Assembly: GCA_013115125.1 (NCBI GenBank)
Contig: JABANN010000186.1
Coordinates: 1 to 55,252, forward strand
Length of the DNA stretch: 55,252 nucleotides
Source of the DNA: Perkinsus olseni
Taxonomy: Eukaryota
Direction: 5' to 3'
Part shown: piece by piece, positions 51,573-55,252 of the stretch
Layout of the letters: the number at the start of each line of letters is the position of its first letter
Position numbering within the stretch: position 1 is the stretch's first letter
Notes under the pieces: model-generated
Seen by the model: only the letters and a program-made list of their open reading frames with translations
Databases searched by the model: none
Told to the model about the DNA's origin: nothing
Translations under genes and position numbers: made by a program

Positions 51573-52664
51573 TTACGCGAGTCGAGCAACTCCAAGTTTA
51601 CCCTCAGATGGACGGAACTCGAAGTAGGTTCCGACTAGCACGAAAGCCGGTAGTCTCCACATCTCGTTAGGGTCAAGTTTAAAAGCTAGAGAGCAAGTCC
51701 CAGCAGTATTTCGGGCATAGTTGGTAACATATATCGGGACAGCTTGGTCATCATCAGCCTCACCGAGGCACATCTTAATGGGCGGTATGAACCTCATGAA
51801 GGCGCAATCGAATACGAAGAGCTCCAGTCCGGGAACCCATTGATAATTAACAGCAACTCCAGCTGAGGCTGAAGCCTCAGCGAAAATCTGCGGGACCAGC
51901 TTGCGAAAGTAAAAGCTTGGTGCAAAGATAGCTTCAGCTCTGGTATCAATGATCCCACTTTCATCACCAAAGCTCGAGGTCCTCTGACCAAGTCTTACCA
52001 TTCCGACTGTGACCCTGTAACCCCTGTCGCCTGGGCGGCCCCTGAGCGGGGTAAACCTTAGTGGTCCCTCGTACAAGCTGGGGTCTCCGCCGCCAAGTAG
52101 GAGCTCCCCGGTCACTGCACCACAGCGATGCTTTCTTAGGTAGAGCGCGAATCTCGTGCTTGCTACTGTCCCTTGTAGTTGGGACATAAAAGGGGGATAA
52201 CTGGGAGTGTCTTCAGGTCCAAGACCGATAGAATGAAACGGTAAGGAGTTATCGGGTGCCTCATGCCCGTGAACCAATCCATAATGGATCCGTATACCAC
52301 CAGTTCCGCCGATTGTCGCCCATCCTCGGCTCCGAAATATATCAACCTTCGTCCCGTCTGCGTAAGTGATTGTCGAGGTGTCGGACGGTCGACACAGGTC
52401 GCACCTGTAGGAGCCGATAGACGGATTGCTACAATAACCCTGATCGTAAGTACTGTCGAACCAAGTATTCCACAAGAAGAAGGTGGCGGAGGAGCCAGTA
52501 TCGATCAGGGCATGCATCTTTTGGGTGTTAATGCTTATGTCTCCGAGCAGAGCATATCCGTAGCCAGGTAAAAAGTCATAGGATGTTGGTGTTCTGAGTA
52601 CTTGTCCGTGTGTGATAAAGAATACACCAAGCCAGACGGGTAGAAGTACGGAGGCTCCGCGCAT
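51573..52664 (-). CDS. Secreted pepsin-like aspartic protease (A1), intronless; second catalytic motif altered
   Basis: Signal peptide, ALIDTGSS, flap ITYADGT, FALYL...GELLLGG.D..LYEG.L.F.PL, IIDTRAEA and C-terminal YFEF....GKLGVA. Confidence 0.9.
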   Translation of the reverse strand: MRGASVLLPVWLGVFFITHGQVLRTPTSYDFLPGYGYALLGDISINTQKMHALIDTGSSATFFLWNTWFDSTYDQGYCSNPSIGSYRCDLCRPSDTSTITYADGTKVDIFRSRGWATIGGTGGIRIHYGLVHGHEAPDNSLPFHSIGLGPEDTPSYPPFMSQLQGTVASTRFALYLRKHRCGAVTGELLLGGGDPSLYEGPLRFTPLRGRPGDRGYRVTVGMVRLGQRTSSFGDESGIIDTRAEAIFAPSFYFRKLVPQIFAEASASAGVAVNYQWVPGLELFVFDCAFMRFIPPIKMCLGEADDDQAVPIYVTNYARNTAGTCSLAFKLDPNEMWRLPAFVLVGTYFEFRPSEGKLGVARLA

Positions 52665-53339
52665 TTCAGCTTTGAAGTCACGAATAACTCACAAAGCCAC
52701 TGATCAGGAATATTCGACCAGATCAGGTCAGGAAGACTCTAAAAAAAATCCGCCGAGAATGCAGATGCACTACAACTCAGTACAGTGCGGCTATTTGAGA
52801 CGGGGCTCAAAGAGTGGTAAAATCAGACTCGACGAAAGCTAAGCGATAATGTGACCTACAGCTTACTAAGCTAAGCTAAGCTTATCGTGGCACGTATACT
52901 CGTGCGCGCGAGTGCAAAGTGCATAATGAGGTCAGATGATTATCTGATACTAATTGTACCCAGTAGCAGTAACCTAAGAGCTGAGTAGTTCTAAACCAGG
53001 CTCAGCCTGGCAGGCTGTAACTGTTTTATAGCTAGCACTAGAGTCGTCACTCAGTTGTCGCTATAGTGCATCCGTGTGCACTGTAGCTTGGTACAGTGTG
53101 GAATAATCTAGAACGCATACTCATGCACGCGAGTGCACGGCACAGAAAGAAATCAGACAGTAGTCTGATACTAATGATACGCAGTAGGATTGAAGATGAT
53201 TGTAGCGATAGTAGCCATTGACTCCTAGTCAAACAGCTGGGTAGTACTCAACTTGACTGGAGCTGTTACGTAGCGTACACTGTAGTCGTCACCATGTTGC
53301 CAGTATTGTGGACGTGATCTAAGGTCACCCGGGCTTACT

Positions 53340-53414
53340 GCTACGCTTTGTCTATGTTTATACGTGTAGACTACACGGTGTAATCTACACGTATAAACAT
53401 AGACAAAGCGTAGC
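53340..53414. repeat. Near-perfect palindrome, 37-bp arms, 1-nt spacer, 1 mismatch
   Basis: GCTACGCTTTGTCTATGTTTATACGTGTAGACTACAC-G-GTGTAATCTACACGTATAAACATAGACAAAGCGTAGC. Confidence 0.95.
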
Positions 53415-53924
53415 CCGACGTTGGAGCTCAGGCGCGCATGAGTCTCCATAGAGAAATTTGCAGGATCACGCTTCGAAGGATACGCGTCTCATCTCCCGAA
53501 GAACTCAGAAGTGTTCAAGCCCATGTAACTCGGCCTCCTCAGAACAAGATAGCAAATGAGTTCGCTGTGCGCTGTTAATTAGGGTAATCAATCACGAGTG
53601 CGGATTCAGCAGCTCATCCGGTACTAAATCTGTACTACACATTAGTAGGTCTTGTCGAGCCACTTCGTCCTTTCAAAGGGCAGAGTCGGTTTGCGAGTCA
53701 CGCCCTTGCGCCCGGGTAGAGGAGGGTTGGGCTTACAAAACAAAATCCCGCGGGACTCGTGACCCGTGACGTGTCTCCCGTTCTGGTCGGTACGCGGACG
53801 ACGAGCTTGCACGCGAAGTCGCGCGTGATAGCTCAATCGATTTGTGCGTGCGTGCGGGGCGCGCCCTGCGCTCCTTCGATTTAACTCCTGAACATTGAAG
53901 TGGTCTCCAGCCAATTGAAAGCTG

Positions 53925-54805
53925 GGGCCTATTTCACATGGCCGCCACTAAACTGCCACTACCACTAACACTAACACTTAGGGAGGGATTTTCCAAAGTG
54001 ACACTTTTTGCTGAGGGCCTTTCAGATGAATCGGATACTTAGAGACGGCTAGTTTAGGGGCCACTCAAGTCAAGTGGTCCCTAAGTGTCGGTTTTCGGCG
54101 CAGGTTCGGATCCCACTGCTTTAATTTTTCACACCAAAACTCGACTTGCACGTATGCGTTTACGCAACACGTCGTGTTGTCAGAAACATAGCTACTATCA
54201 TATTGTGAGGAGTCATTGTGCGCAATATCGAGCTGCATAAGCGTCACGAATGGCGTCGGCCGCTGCATTCTCTTCTGCATTCAAGATGTAGAGTGAAGAG
54301 CCTATGTGTCGTGGAATATTGTGTGTCTGTTTCTGATACTTGCTGACCGTAGTTTGAGTTCGAACAAAGTGACGTAAGGTGGGTTCGGCTTGTGCTCTAC
54401 AGTGGTTGAGCATCCGACTTCGAACCCGTTGCCGCGAAACGCGTCCAGGTTCGATCCGCACACACGTCATTTTGTTCCAAGGGACACTTTAGGGCGGTCT
54501 TAGGGAGGTCGGGAGCTCCCTTAGGCATTCGTTAAAGTGTCAGATATTTTAGTGGCCACTTAGTGGCTGTTTGACGCATGCGAAAACCACTTAGCCCTAA
54601 GTGCCCGAAATCTGGCCCTTAACTCAATGTGAAACGCCACTTAGGGCTAAGTGGCCACTTAAGTGGCCACTTTTCTCAAGGGTCCCTAAGTCAAGGGATC
54701 CTTTGCCAAGTGGGCACTTGAGGGAGGTCATCTGAAACTCACTAACACTTGAAACGGCCCTTAAGTGGGCACTTAGGGCTAGTGGCGGCCATGTGAAATA
54801 GGCCC
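53925..54805. mobile_element. Non-autonomous PIF/Harbinger-like DNA transposon (MITE), 881 bp
   Basis: Perfect 26-bp TIRs GGGCCTATTTCACATGGCCGCCACTA (53925-53950) and TAGTGGCGGCCATGTGAAATAGGCCC (54780-54805), CTG duplicated on both sides, subterminal AAGTGGCCACTT-type repeats and no transposase ORF. Confidence 0.88.
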
Positions 54806-54877
54806 CTGCGCTCTCCGAAGCATAGCCCTGGGTTCGCGGCCGGATATGACATGTCTCGTGGAATTTCTCCAACCGAG

Positions 54878-55162
54878 GATCGTGGAGGAAAGTACAGCGA
54901 GGCTCGGTTGTATTTCAGGCCTTCTCCGAGTCGGCGAGATGTTACTTGATGGTGTGTCACTGCGGGTTATTCGTACTGAGCTATTGAGTAACGACTGTAC
55001 GATGCTGTATGCCTGTGGTGGTGGCTGTTGCCTGTTGTTCCTCATGCAGGAATTTCCAACGCGCTCCAGAAAGAAGGCGCGTTATGCCATGCGTAAGGCA
55101 AGGGCCATGGTCAAAGTATCGCCATCAAGTATTCCCGAAGCTTGGCAGTGTCGAGCTGGCAA
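54878..55162. repeat. Copy 2 of the duplicated segment
   Basis: Aligns by eye with 50641-50912. Confidence 0.9.
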
Positions 55163-55180
55163 CGACGTTGTCGCGACTTG

Positions 55181-55181
<1 letters not shown>

Positions 55182-55252
<71 letters not shown>
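55182..55252. other. Terminal poly-G run, probable sequencing or assembly artefact
   Basis: 71 consecutive G at the window end, typical of no-signal calls in two-colour chemistry. Confidence 0.8.

Noticed and set aside
55182-55252. Poly-G as a telomere or G-quadruplex element
   Set aside because: A pure homopolymer at the sequence end is typical of two-colour sequencing dropout.
1-55252. Spliced-leader RNA gene or SL relics (CCGTAGCCATYTTGGCTCAAG)
   Set aside because: No convincing match found by eye on either strand.

Overview
Intron-rich eukaryotic genomic DNA with short GT-AG introns and ~50% GC. Gene style suggests an alveolate, most plausibly a Perkinsus-like perkinsid (inference only). 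Recognisable genes are a formyltransferase fragment, a LAG1/TLC ceramide synthase, an emp24/p24 cargo receptor, an aldo-keto reductase, a large Cys-repeat extracellular protein, a JmjC (JMJD6-like) hydroxylase, a nucleosome assembly protein, an RRM protein and a pepsin-like aspartic protease, plus several secreted or membrane hypotheticals. An intact tRNA-Lys(UUU) lies antisense inside a p24 intron, and several decayed tRNA-like sequences are scattered across the window. Mobile DNA comprises a decayed LTR retrotransposon (gag-RT-integrase) and a complete PIF/Harbinger-type MITE (26-bp TIRs, CTG target duplication) with two relics elsewhere. Two signals are not explained by these features. The first is a strong enrichment of sequence-unrelated palindromes with exactly a 1-nt spacer (arms up to 37 bp, often chained). 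The second is a dispersed AATTTCGTGGCGCGCG motif that recurs in introns and coding sequence. The window ends in a poly-G run that is probably an artefact. Exon boundaries were read by eye.
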